Assembly: GCA_030679895.1 (NCBI GenBank)
Contig: JAUXSN010000047.1
Span: 65,328-129,327, forward strand
DNA: 64,000 nucleotides
DNA from: Candidatus Moraniibacteriota bacterium
GTDB taxonomy: Bacteria > Patescibacteriota > Minisyncoccia > Moranbacterales > UBA11712
Direction: 5' to 3'
Shown: one piece after another, positions 55,099-64,000 of the stretch
Layout: the number at the start of each line of letters is the position of its first letter
Position numbering within the stretch: the stretch's first letter is position 1
Notes under the pieces: generated by a model
Told to the model about the DNA's origin: nothing
Seen by the model: only the letters and a program-made list of their open reading frames with translations
The model's database searches: none
Program-made: the position numbers and the translations under genes

Positions 55099-55914
55099 TC
55101 AGGTGCCGGGTAACCGCATAGTAAAATTCCCATTATTGCTGGCCCATTGCATATAGTTGTTCGTATTCCAAACCTTTGGGTTTTCGCCGGTATTCCCTAA
55201 GTGATAAATGTTTCCGTCATAATAGAAAGCGGCGTGTCTTCCGCCATGCCCATTACTTGATGTCAGTACTGTGCCGTTAACAAGCTGTGACTGGTCAAAG
55301 GGGATTGAATTCTTCTGATGCTCTTCAGTAGATCTTCCCGGATCCCAACCCATCGAATCGATACAAAGTGATTGGATATATTTAGAGCAATCATATCCAT
55401 TTTGGCCATAAACAACATTGGAATATTTTTGTAGAGAATTGGCAATTTTAGATCCATCAGTCGGCATCGGCGTCCTGTTTCCTCCAGCTCCCGCTCCAGC
55501 GCCAGCGCCAGTTGCGAGGGTTGGCGCTACCGTCTGGGTCGTGTCACACGTGAAACTCGACCAGCTTCCGGCTTGCTTGAAGCCTAAAGCGTTCATAACG
55601 GCGTTGACAATAAGCCAGGAACAAAGCAGCAAAACAAGAGCGATGATGGAAGAGGTAAAGGCTTTTTTAGCCTTTTCAATGAGACCTTTGCTGCCGGCCG
55701 AAACCATATAGAGAACTCCCGCGATTGTTATTCCCAAAAGACAAGCCGCCAAAAGAAGTTTGAGAAGAAAATCAAAAATACCTTTGATGCCGAGAACCAA
55801 ATGGCAGAGAGTGCACTCGTCGGTGCAGGGAACCAGGCCATCCGCCAGCACGGATTTTAACGGTATGATCAGCAATAAGAGGATTATTGATAGGAAAAGT
55901 ATCTTTGTTTTCAT
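55099..55914 (-). CDS. pilin-fold N-terminal membrane domain fused to a C-terminal papain-like (CHAP/NlpC-P60-like) domain via a GAGAGAGAG linker
   Basis: Signal peptide, Cys motif PCTDECTLCHL, TM1-loop(KAKKAF)-TM2 as in the paralogs. C-domain carries Cys (NGYDCSKYIQSLC) and His (SNGHGGRHAAFYYDGNIYH) candidates. Confidence 0.55.
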   Translation of the reverse strand: MKTKILFLSIILLLLIIPLKSVLADGLVPCTDECTLCHLVLGIKGIFDFLLKLLLAACLLGITIAGVLYMVSAGSKGLIEKAKKAFTSSIIALVLLLCSWLIVNAVMNALGFKQAGSWSSFTCDTTQTVAPTLATGAGAGAGAGGNRTPMPTDGSKIANSLQKYSNVVYGQNGYDCSKYIQSLCIDSMGWDPGRSTEEHQKNSIPFDQSQLVNGTVLTSSNGHGGRHAAFYYDGNIYHLGNTGENPKVWNTNNYMQWASNNGNFTMRLPGT

Positions 55915-55930
55915 CTTTTGAATTTTTTGA

Positions 55931-57361
55931 CTATTTTTTGATCAGCAAATTCACGCTGTTTTGCGCTTGTTCGATGGCTTTGTTCGGATCGTCATTTTTG
56001 AGCGCAACATTATCGATCATATCGTCAAAAATCTTTTCAACAGCCAGATTGTCAGGCTGCGGCCAGCTCTTGGCGATAAGATTTCCTTCGGCAAAAGCCG
56101 CCATCAGCACGTCGCTTTTTTGCTTTTCGATGAGATCGCGGCGAGCAACCGGTTTTTTTTGGTTTTCCGCGTATTCTTTAGCCGGATCGTAAGCGGCGCT
56201 TTCCGTGGATGAAACCTGGCTAAAAGCAGGAGGCATAGTCAAATATCTTACAAACTTCCAGGCCTCCGCCGTTCTCTCTTCGTTGGTTGCCTGAACATTT
56301 CCGCTGGCTGCCGAACTTGAATCGCTCTGTATTACTTTATTTTTGGAAACCGCGTAGCCCCAATAATTGGCGAAGTTGATATTGAGTCCTTTTCCGCTCT
56401 TGTCCATATTCTGCGGAAGAGTTGATATTCCCAGATTCAGCTTTGGCGCTTTCGCTTGAATCTTGGGAAGCAGCCAGGAATAATTAAGCGTCATAGCCGT
56501 TTGGCCTTCGATAAAACTGTCCACTGAATTGTGCATCAGCGCGTTCCAGCAGTATTCCTTATTGTCCCGGTTGGAAAATTTTGTGTAATAGGAAAGAGCG
56601 GCTTGGCCGGGCGGCACTTGATTCTTGTTAGCCAAAGATTCTTCGGTAAAATCCGCGAAAGCGGCCGCTTTTCTCTTCTCATCATACATTTGAGTTCCGG
56701 CTTGCATCATAATGGCCGTCAAAATATCCGTGGCCCGGTTGATTTTTCCCTCGCCCGCGCCGGCGTCACTCGAAGCCCCCATGGCCGCACCGGAGATAAG
56801 GATATTTCCGAATGAATCAACTTTTGTAATTTTGGTCACGGCTTCATCAAATTCGGCCCACGTGCGGGGGGGAGACGAAATACCGGCTTGATTTAGAAGA
56901 TCCTTATTGGAAAATAAGGCTAAAGAATCAACCGAGAGGGGCAGGGCATAGACTTTGGAGTCTTTCACAAAATCCTGCGAGACAACGTCGACGAACGTAT
57001 CCTGCGCCTGCTTGGCGTTGACAATCTGATCGGGTGCCGGAAATAATTTATCCTGGTGCTTCGCAAGCCACGAATTGTGAATCAAAAAAACATCGGGTCC
57101 GTTGCCAGCCGCCAAAGCGTCCCGCAGATCGTTTTCATAGGAATCAATCGTGAGTTTTTTATATTGAATGTCTTTTATTGCCGGATTTCTTTTTCTATAC
57201 TCGCCAATCGCTTTTGCCATAGTGTCCGAATCATCAAAAAGTCCCCAGACTTCAAGGCTGACTTGCCGGCTGGAAACAGTTGACCGGCAGCCGCAACCGG
57301 AAAGAAGAATCACCGAAGAAAGCAAAAGGAAAGATAACGCGATTGATATTTTTTTATTCAC
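55931..57361 (-). CDS. extracellular solute-binding lipoprotein (ABC transporter SBP, family 1/MalE-like), orphan
   Basis: Lipobox LLSGC. SBP_bac_1-like fold over 476 aa. No permease or ATPase genes adjacent. Confidence 0.75.
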   Translation of the reverse strand: MNKKISIALSFLLLSSVILLSGCGCRSTVSSRQVSLEVWGLFDDSDTMAKAIGEYRKRNPAIKDIQYKKLTIDSYENDLRDALAAGNGPDVFLIHNSWLAKHQDKLFPAPDQIVNAKQAQDTFVDVVSQDFVKDSKVYALPLSVDSLALFSNKDLLNQAGISSPPRTWAEFDEAVTKITKVDSFGNILISGAAMGASSDAGAGEGKINRATDILTAIMMQAGTQMYDEKRKAAAFADFTEESLANKNQVPPGQAALSYYTKFSNRDNKEYCWNALMHNSVDSFIEGQTAMTLNYSWLLPKIQAKAPKLNLGISTLPQNMDKSGKGLNINFANYWGYAVSKNKVIQSDSSSAASGNVQATNEERTAEAWKFVRYLTMPPAFSQVSSTESAAYDPAKEYAENQKKPVARRDLIEKQKSDVLMAAFAEGNLIAKSWPQPDNLAVEKIFDDMIDNVALKNDDPNKAIEQAQNSVNLLIKK

Positions 57362-57480
57362 CCCATTGGAAATTAATTTTTATTTTTTGTCGCATTTCCG
57401 CAAGTTTATCTTGCTTTGATTTTACAATAAGTCGGGAAAAGAAACAACTGGCGTAAATTTGAAATTTGACTATTGTCAAA

Positions 57481-57518
57481 AATAAAATAAAGAGGCGGTT
57501 CCTAAAAAGAACCGCCTC
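57481..57518 (-). terminator. rho-independent terminator downstream of gyrA
   Basis: gaggcggttc-tttttag-gaaccgcctc hairpin followed by a T run on the minus strand. Confidence 0.75.
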
Positions 57519-57544
57519 AAGTTGAATATTCGTATTAAAAATTG

Positions 57545-59977
57545 TTACAGCACCGTTGTTGCCGCGATTTTATCGTCCTGATTGAGCCGCATCACGCGGA
57601 CTCCCTGCGTCGCCCGGCCCAAAGCGGAAATGCTTTTGACAGGCGTGCGGATGATCTGTCCCTTGGCCGAGCTCGCGATCAGATCCGTGTCCAGATTATC
57701 CGTGTTGACTATATGAGCCGAAACCAGCTTTCCGGTTTTGGGCGTAATTTTAGCCGTCTTTATCCCGCTTCCGCCCCGGCGCTGAATTTTATAACCCTTA
57801 AGATCGGATCTTTTTCCAAAGCCGTTTTCGGAAAAAACCAGGAGTTGATTCCCTTTTTGGTCCTTGAGCACCACGTCCATCCCGACAACCGCGTCATCGC
57901 GCCGGAGCTTTACGCCCCGCACTCCGGCGGCAGTGCGGCCCATTGGCCGGACATCTGTTTCCTTGAAATGAATAGCCTGGCCGCTACCGGTAGTGATGAT
58001 GACTTCGTCCTTTCCGGTTGTCGGCGCGATCCAACGGAGTTCGTCGTCTTTCACCAGATTAAGCGCGATCAATCCCGATCTTCGCACCTTGGCAAAATCT
58101 TCGATGGCCGTTTTTTTCACTGTCCCGAATTTCGTTGTCATAAAAAGATATTTCGCCCGGCTTCCTTTGCTGATGGAAATTACGGCTGTTATCTTTTCCC
58201 CCGGCGCGATTTGGAGAAAATTGACAATCGCTTGTCCCTTGGCAATTCGGGAGGAAACCGGAATCTCATAAGCCATTGTCTGGAATACTTTGCCGCTGTT
58301 GGTAAAAAAGAACAAACTGTCGTGGGTCATCGCCGTCACGACCCAGTCAATCGTATCGCCCTCTTTGGTTGACGCCCCAATGACGCCTTTTCCGCCCCGT
58401 TTTTGAACTTTATAGAAAGAAGGGGGCATCCGCTTGATATAGTCATCCTCCGTGAGGACAATCATCGTTTCTTCATCGGGAATAAGATCCTCCTGCTTGA
58501 ATTCTCCCACGGCCGATCTCACTACTCGTGTTCTTCTTTTATCTCCGTATTTTTCCTTGAGATCCGTCAGTTCTTTTTTTATAACAGCCAGAATTTTTTT
58601 GGCGCTTTTCAAAAGTTCTTCCAGTTCTTTGATTAAATTTCTTTTTTCCTTGAGTTCATCCTCGATTTTCTTCCGTTCCATCCCGGCGAGAGTTTGAAGT
58701 TTCATTTCCAAAATAGCTGTGGTCTGTTTGTCGGAAAACTTGAAGCGCTTCATCAAATTCCGGTGAGCTACTTCCTTGTCGGATGATTTTCTAATCGTGC
58801 TGATGATCGCGTCGATGTGATCAAGCGCTTTTTTGAGCCCTTCCAGAATGTGGGCCCGATCCTTGGCTCGCTCAAGCTCGAATTTTGTCCGGCGCGTCAC
58901 AACCACGCGCCGATGCGCGATAAAATATTCAAGAATCGCCTTCAGATTCAGGACTTTTGGCTCAATTCCGTCCACAAGAGCCAGCATATTGACGTGGAAA
59001 GACTTTTGAAGATCGGTCAGGCTGTAAAGTTTGTTGAGAACTTTTTTCGGAAAGGCTTCTTTTTTGAGATCAATCACGATTCTTACTCCGTCCTTATCGG
59101 ACTCGTCGCGGATGTCCCGGATGCCTTCCAACTTCCCCGTCTTCACCAGTTCGGCCATTTTTGCGATCGTAGTCGCTTTGTTGGAAGCGTAGGTCATCTC
59201 GGTCACAATGATTTGAAATTGGCCGTTTTTCGCTTCCACGATTTCAGCTTCGGCCCGCGTTACAATGCCTCCCCGGCCAGTCAGGTAGGCCTGTTCAATA
59301 TCAGCCTGATTATAAATCGAACCGCCGGTCGGGAAATCGGGGCCTTTCACAATTTTTGTCAGATCCTTGATTTCGCAGTCGGGATTTTCAATGAGATATG
59401 AAAGGCCGTCGACCAGTTCGTTCAGATTGTGAGGAGGTATATTCGTCGCCATTCCCACCGCGATTCCCATAGTGCCGTTGAGAAGCAGCTGGGGAACCTT
59501 GGCCGGGAGAACCGACGGCTCTTCGCGGGAAGAATCATAGTTGGGAACAAAATCAACCGTATTTTTCTCGATATCGGCCATCATCTCTTCGGCAAGACTT
59601 GTCAGCTTGGCTTCCGTATATCGCATGGCCGCCGCGCTGTCCCCATCCATCGAACCAAAATTTCCCTGGCCGTCCACCAGGGGATAGCGCATCGAAAAGT
59701 CCTGGGCCATGCGCACCATCGAGTCGTAAACCGCCGTGTCTCCGTGCGGATGGTATTTGCCCAGCACTTCCCCGACGACCGTGGCGGATTTTCTGTACTT
59801 GGCAGAATGGGTGAGGCCAAGTCCCCGCATAGCGAAAAGAATCCGGCGATGAACCGGTTTCATCCCGTCGCGGACATCCGGAAGCGCCCGGGAAACAATC
59901 ACGCTCATTGCGTAAGCCAGGTACGACTCTTTCATTTCACTGGTGATTTCCCTCGGTTTTATGTATCCAATTTCCAT
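57545..59977 (-). CDS. gyrA: DNA gyrase subunit A
   Basis: Active-site region ([10 protein letters not shown]), QRDR-like segment ([17 protein letters not shown]), C-terminal beta-pinwheel repeats. Length 810 aa. Confidence 0.95.
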   Translation of the reverse strand: MEIGYIKPREITSEMKESYLAYAMSVIVSRALPDVRDGMKPVHRRILFAMRGLGLTHSAKYRKSATVVGEVLGKYHPHGDTAVYDSMVRMAQDFSMRYPLVDGQGNFGSMDGDSAAAMRYTEAKLTSLAEEMMADIEKNTVDFVPNYDSSREEPSVLPAKVPQLLLNGTMGIAVGMATNIPPHNLNELVDGLSYLIENPDCEIKDLTKIVKGPDFPTGGSIYNQADIEQAYLTGRGGIVTRAEAEIVEAKNGQFQIIVTEMTYASNKATTIAKMAELVKTGKLEGIRDIRDESDKDGVRIVIDLKKEAFPKKVLNKLYSLTDLQKSFHVNMLALVDGIEPKVLNLKAILEYFIAHRRVVVTRRTKFELERAKDRAHILEGLKKALDHIDAIISTIRKSSDKEVAHRNLMKRFKFSDKQTTAILEMKLQTLAGMERKKIEDELKEKRNLIKELEELLKSAKKILAVIKKELTDLKEKYGDKRRTRVVRSAVGEFKQEDLIPDEETMIVLTEDDYIKRMPPSFYKVQKRGGKGVIGASTKEGDTIDWVVTAMTHDSLFFFTNSGKVFQTMAYEIPVSSRIAKGQAIVNFLQIAPGEKITAVISISKGSRAKYLFMTTKFGTVKKTAIEDFAKVRRSGLIALNLVKDDELRWIAPTTGKDEVIITTGSGQAIHFKETDVRPMGRTAAGVRGVKLRRDDAVVGMDVVLKDQKGNQLLVFSENGFGKRSDLKGYKIQRRGGSGIKTAKITPKTGKLVSAHIVNTDNLDTDLIASSAKGQIIRTPVKSISALGRATQGVRVMRLNQDDKIAATTVL

Positions 59978-59983
59978 ATATTT

Positions 59984-60349
59984 CTAAGGTAGTTGCGGAA
60001 TTTCGCTATTTTGTTCATTATTCTCCTGTGTCTGATTTTGAACGGCATTTAAATTATCTGCTCCAGCGTCATTCAGCTCCTGCGTGCCTATCTCATTCTG
60101 ATCCGGAAGTTGATTCCACATTTCTTCGATTGATTTTTTGCTATCGCCCATATCGCCTTTCAGGTTGTTCAGCTGATCCACTGCTGAAGGGTTGGCGTCA
60201 ACTTGTGATTCTTTGTTCATTTCAGAAAAAGAAACCAGCCAAATGACCAGTATTATCAAAAAGGACACTGCCGTTGCCGCAACAACAATTCTTTCCCGCT
60301 GGCGGGCGGGCTTGGCTCTTAATTTTTCAATATATTCGTTGATACTCAT
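59984..60349 (-). CDS. membrane-anchored hypothetical protein with a Gln/Asn/Glu-rich tail
   Basis: Single TM segment (IVVAATAVSFLIILVIWLV). Confidence 0.45.
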   Translation of the reverse strand: MSINEYIEKLRAKPARQRERIVVAATAVSFLIILVIWLVSFSEMNKESQVDANPSAVDQLNNLKGDMGDSKKSIEEMWNQLPDQNEIGTQELNDAGADNLNAVQNQTQENNEQNSEIPQLP

Positions 60350-60352
60350 GCT

Positions 60353-61021
60353 TTATGAGCTTAGCGCTTCCATCAGCGCCACTTTTAATTCCTCTCCTTC
60401 CAGATCTTTCTTCTTGAGAATCAATTTGGCCAGTTTTTCCCTCGGGCAAAGTCCGATTTCTTTGCAAAATTTCTTTTCGTCGTCGATTTTCACCTTCGAA
60501 CCCGGTATACTATAATGTATCGGCAAAACTATCTTAGGCTCAACCTGATCCACTACCGCTTTAGCCTCTTTGCCGTCCAAAGTGAATGTTCCGCCTATTG
60601 GTACAGCCAAAATATCCACGCCGTTAATTTCCTCGAGTTGTTTTTTATCAAGCGGTCCGCCCAAGTCTCCCAGATGGCAAAAACGAATTCCTTCGCTTTC
60701 CAACACAAAAATTGTATTCAGCCCCCGCTCGGCTCCTTCTTGCTTATCGTGAAAAGCGCTGATTCCCCGAATGGATACGCCCTTGATCGAATATTCTCCC
60801 GGCAGATCCAGCACTTGAGGTTCGCCCTTCAAAGCTTCCGCGTTGTTGTGGTCGAAATGATCATGGCTCACGGTCACGATATCCGCCTTTCCTTGAGGCG
60901 GACGCAAACCGACTTCTTTATGGAATGGATCGGTAAAAATAATCACATCTTCTCCCGACCCGCGCCCTTCCGGCTTAGTTGTTATTTTGAAGCACGAATG
61001 CCCGTACCATTGAATAGTCAT
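60353..61021 (-). CDS. MBL-fold metal-dependent hydrolase (UPF0173-like)
   Basis: VSHDHFDH metal-binding motif. Confidence 0.75.
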   Translation of the reverse strand: MTIQWYGHSCFKITTKPEGRGSGEDVIIFTDPFHKEVGLRPPQGKADIVTVSHDHFDHNNAEALKGEPQVLDLPGEYSIKGVSIRGISAFHDKQEGAERGLNTIFVLESEGIRFCHLGDLGGPLDKKQLEEINGVDILAVPIGGTFTLDGKEAKAVVDQVEPKIVLPIHYSIPGSKVKIDDEKKFCKEIGLCPREKLAKLILKKKDLEGEELKVALMEALSS

Positions 61022-61106
61022 AAAAAAATCAGCTTATAGCTTAATTGATGGTAATAGAATAATAGCACGGCCAGAATAATATTTCAATGGCCTAAGCTTC
61101 AAGAAT

Positions 61107-61955
61107 CTAGCCCTTTTCCTGCTTTTTCTTTTGTTTTTCCCTATAAAAATTCGCAAGCTCTTCAACTTTTTTCCAATCCAGTTCATATTCTTTGTTTCTT
61201 GCGGATACTTTGTAGGTTTTCTTACCTTCTGGGTCTGTTTTTATGTCAATTGACCACCCCTCAAGGAGAAACAGTGAGCCGCCAATTTCATTTAGATTTT
61301 TTATGGGAGGCTTAAGACAGGCTAGAAGTATGGGTTCCGTGACTGTTTTGTGGTTTATGGCAATTAATTCATCTTCGGTACCTGACAACATTTCGTTGAT
61401 TGATTTGGCCTCTTCTGTTAAATAATAAGCGACTCGTTGGGCAACTTCTTCAGCTGATTCTGTTTCATAATCGTATTTTTTGTCCCATAGAGAGAGCCAG
61501 TATTCTACGGCTGGCTCCTCTATTTCCTCTACTACCTTTTCCTGCTCATCTGGATCCAAGGAATCATAGTTTTCCGGCTTTGGATTGAAACGAGGATTAT
61601 ATTCTTTTTTAATGAAATCGGATGAAAAATGAGGTGCATTTAGGATTCCTTTTACTCTCGTGGTCATAATTTGTGTTTTTTTCTCTCTTTCAAATGAACC
61701 ATACGTAATCCCTTCAGCGGTTTCCTTATTACGATCGAATTCCGAAGAATGAATTTCTGAAACATTCTCTGATGGAATATTATTACCTAACTCTCGACTT
61801 GCCAGCTTTCCTTTTTCTGACAAACCGGATTGCGATATTTTTCCTCCGACATGGGGATCAAATTGCGCTTTGTGGGCATGGCGGAGAAAATTAATTTTTA
61901 ATGCGCAATTTCTTCCGCGTTCGAATTTCTCTTTTGCCAGTTCCAAATCAGGCAT
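61107..61955 (-). CDS. putative histidine phosphatase-family protein
   Basis: INFLRHAHKA resembles the RHG catalytic motif. Assignment is tentative. Confidence 0.4.
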   Translation of the reverse strand: MPDLELAKEKFERGRNCALKINFLRHAHKAQFDPHVGGKISQSGLSEKGKLASRELGNNIPSENVSEIHSSEFDRNKETAEGITYGSFEREKKTQIMTTRVKGILNAPHFSSDFIKKEYNPRFNPKPENYDSLDPDEQEKVVEEIEEPAVEYWLSLWDKKYDYETESAEEVAQRVAYYLTEEAKSINEMLSGTEDELIAINHKTVTEPILLACLKPPIKNLNEIGGSLFLLEGWSIDIKTDPEGKKTYKVSARNKEYELDWKKVEELANFYREKQKKKQEKG

Positions 61956-62907
61956 GCGATTTAATAAAATAATTAATCTCTTCTAAATCACCCGACGACC
62001 TTGTGCCAAATTGAGTACATTTAAAAGCTCCGCAAGCATTGGCAAACTGGCCAACTTTTTCAAGATCCCAACCTCTTAATAGCCCGTAGGAGAGCCCACC
62101 CATAAAAGCATCGCCCGCACCAACTGTGTCAAACGGCTTTATCTTAAATCCAGGAATGTGAAGGATTTTATCACTGGTCACGACAATGCATCCTTTTTCA
62201 GCCATTGTTACAACAACCATTTTGGGCCCCATCTTTAATATTTTTTCAATAACTTTTTGAGATATATTTTTTTTCTTCGTTAGTCCTAAAGCACCTGTTT
62301 TTGACAACTTGACGATGTCAGCTAATTTTAAGAGTCTTAAAAATTCTTTTTTTGTTCCGATTTTTTCTTTTTCTATCAAATACCAGGGGTCATCATCAAT
62401 ATCAACCAATATTTTAGTGCCACTCTTTTTCGCAATTTCCGCTCCCTCCAGCGCCGTGGCTAAAGGAATTACGGCCACTTCTGTATGAAAATGTCTCGCC
62501 GAAGCAATTATTTTATAAAATTTGTTTCTAACATGACTCGAAGTTAATTTCCTGGTGGCTCCTGGTATTCCGACCATATTCCATTCTCCTTTAGGATCAG
62601 TAGCAATCCAAAATTGTTGAGTTGGGGCTTTAGAAACATAAACAGGGAAAGAATTAATCTTGGCTTTTTTAAATTTATCAGTGAGATGCTTCGCCCAACT
62701 GTCATTTCCCAAAGCTCCTATCCAGGCAGCTCTAAGTCCGAGTTTGGCGACTTGGACAAGATTATTAGATGTAACACCACCTTCAGAAATTTCCAGTTGC
62801 GTTGCAATCACTTTATGATTGGGAGAGGGAAGTTTTGGCACTTTAGCTCTTAGATCTACCCCGCACCCGCCTAAACCAACGATGTCGTATTTTTTATTGA
62901 ATCGCAT
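61948..62907 (-). CDS. PfkB-family carbohydrate kinase (ribokinase-like)
   Basis: N-terminal GGCGVD-type motif (LGGCGVDL). C-terminal DTVGAGDAFMGG anion-hole motif. Confidence 0.8.
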   Translation of the reverse strand: MRFNKKYDIVGLGGCGVDLRAKVPKLPSPNHKVIATQLEISEGGVTSNNLVQVAKLGLRAAWIGALGNDSWAKHLTDKFKKAKINSFPVYVSKAPTQQFWIATDPKGEWNMVGIPGATRKLTSSHVRNKFYKIIASARHFHTEVAVIPLATALEGAEIAKKSGTKILVDIDDDPWYLIEKEKIGTKKEFLRLLKLADIVKLSKTGALGLTKKKNISQKVIEKILKMGPKMVVVTMAEKGCIVVTSDKILHIPGFKIKPFDTVGAGDAFMGGLSYGLLRGWDLEKVGQFANACGAFKCTQFGTRSSGDLEEINYFIKSHA

Positions 62908-63072
62908 ATATTTTTCCCTTACTTTTACATTTTTATGTTAACAGATTTATTCTTATTATCAAAACAAGAAACCGCCTTACCCTTGCCAAAAAACCCCTTC
63001 TATTATATACTCACAAAGAAACAAAGAGGGGATTTTTTGTTTTATATAATCATTAATCTAACCATTAATCCA

Positions 63073-64000
63073 ATGCTAGACAACATTTACGACACTCTGG
63101 CGAAAGAGGTCGACAAAGCAACCGAGGAAAAAGAAGAAAAAAGCGAAACTTCAGATATAAGCGCGAAAGGGGAAGATGAAAATTCAGCCGAAACTGACGA
63201 AACGAAAACAATTGTAGAGGAAAAAAGCGAGGCCGCTTCTGCCATGGCCGATTTTTTTAATCAGACCAAAATAGTTTTTCCGAAAGAGGGAGATGTTATT
63301 GAAGGAAAAGTAATCCAAATCGAATCAAACGCCATATATCTCGACCTTGGGATATTCGGAACCGGAATCGTTTTGGGGAAAGAAATTAAGGACGGCCTTG
63401 GCGCCACTGACCGATTGAAAGCCGGCGACAGCGTTTCAGCCACGGTTACCGATCTCGAGAATGACGACGGTTATATTGAACTGTCCATTCGCGAAGCGTC
63501 GATTGAAAAAGCCTGGCAAAATCTCGAAGTAAAGCAGGTTGAAGAAGAAACTTTTGATACTAAAATACTGGACGCCAACAAAGGCGGACTCATTGTCGAA
63601 GTAAACGGAATCATCGGCTTTCTTCCCGTTTCCCAGCTCTCCAGCGAACATTATCCCCGGGTTGAAGAAGGAGAGAAGAACAAAATTTTGGAAAAACTTC
63701 GTTCTTACATCGGAACTGAAATGCAGGTTCGGGTTATTGATACTGATCGGGAAGGCGAAAAGCTGATCGTAAGCGAGAAAGCGGCTTATAGCGGCCGGGA
63801 AAGAAAAGCGATCTCCGAACTTAAGGTCGGGGACGTGATTGAGGGGGAAGTCAGCGGCGTGGTGGATTTCGGAGCTTTTATAAAATTTCTGCCGCCGAGC
63901 AAAAAAGATTCGGCCATTGAGGAGGACAAGCTCGAGGGATTGGTTCATATTTCAGAATTGGCCTGGCAACTCATCGACAATCCCCGCGACGTCATCAAAA
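63073..64000 (+). CDS. rpsA: 30S ribosomal protein S1 (partial; runs off the window end)
   Basis: Acidic N-terminal leader followed by repeated S1 domains (GDVIEGKVIQIESNAIYLDLG; GIIGFLPVSQL; GDVIEGEVSGVVDFGAFIKF). Not in the ORF track because no stop codon falls within the window. Confidence 0.8.
   Translation, partial: MLDNIYDTLAKEVDKATEEKEEKSETSDISAKGEDENSAETDETKTIVEEKSEAASAMADFFNQTKIVFPKEGDVIEGKVIQIESNAIYLDLGIFGTGIVLGKEIKDGLGATDRLKAGDSVSATVTDLENDDGYIELSIREASIEKAWQNLEVKQVEEETFDTKILDANKGGLIVEVNGIIGFLPVSQLSSEHYPRVEEGEKNKILEKLRSYIGTEMQVRVIDTDREGEKLIVSEKAAYSGRERKAISELKVGDVIEGEVSGVVDFGAFIKFLPPSKKDSAIEEDKLEGLVHISELAWQLIDNPRDVIK

Noticed and set aside
55490-55520. GCN-GCN repeat (gctcccgctccagcgccagcgccagttgc), considered as a microsatellite or CRISPR-like repeat
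   Set aside because: It encodes the in-frame GAGAGAGAG linker of the pilin-CHAP fusion protein. It has no spacer structure.
57542-58372. 276-aa plus-strand ORF
   Set aside because: It is fully antisense to gyrA, is Arg/His-rich and is compositionally aberrant. It is a typical shadow ORF of a GC-richer gene.
1-64000. CRISPR arrays, rRNA genes, reverse transcriptase or retron, Cas genes
   Set aside because: No repeat-spacer arrays, no rRNA-like conserved stretches and no RT or Cas-like ORFs were seen on either strand.
1-64000. Alternative genetic code (UGA=Gly as in Gracilibacteria or Absconditabacteria)
   Set aside because: Long housekeeping genes (gyrA 810 aa, recQ 712 aa, infB 593 aa) are uninterrupted under the standard code. 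The single in-frame stop seen in RhuM is TAG, not TGA.

Overview
This is a low-GC, gene-dense 64 kb window, coded mostly on the minus strand. Its gene content suggests a small-genome, CPR/Patescibacteria-like bacterium (inference). Long ORFs such as gyrA and recQ are intact, so the standard genetic code appears to be in use.

Housekeeping genes:
- recQ, rny, gpmI, infB, rbfA, cca, ddl, nusA, gyrA, a partial rpsA, rplS, and a ppa-tig-clpP operon.
- An emrRAB-like MarR/adaptor/MFS efflux operon.
- Four Nudix hydrolases, a MazG, and two cupins.
- Two O-antigen-ligase-like membrane proteins, one fused to TPR repeats.
- I count 14 tRNA genes.

Most notable observations:
1. A tandem array of five paralogous VirB2/TrbC-like pilin-fold membrane proteins with a conserved C-terminal tail (52.2-55.9 kb). 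One carries a C-terminal papain-like (CHAP/NlpC-P60-like) domain. An orphan solute-binding lipoprotein sits immediately upstream.
2. A tRNA-Phe(GAA) interrupted by a ~242-nt group I (IC3, Azoarcus-type) intron.
3. A complete tRNA-Pro(CGG) nested between the two halves of a second Pro-type tRNA-like gene, bracketed by a 13-bp perfect inverted repeat.
4. An M23 peptidase fused to a GIY-YIG nuclease domain.
5. A RhuM gene interrupted by a single in-frame TAG, next to a HEPN-motif protein in an islet rich in palindromic repeats.
6. A family of about 20-bp intergenic palindromes.
7. A long-range inverted repeat that sequesters the ppa start codon.

No CRISPR array, rRNA gene or reverse transcriptase was seen.
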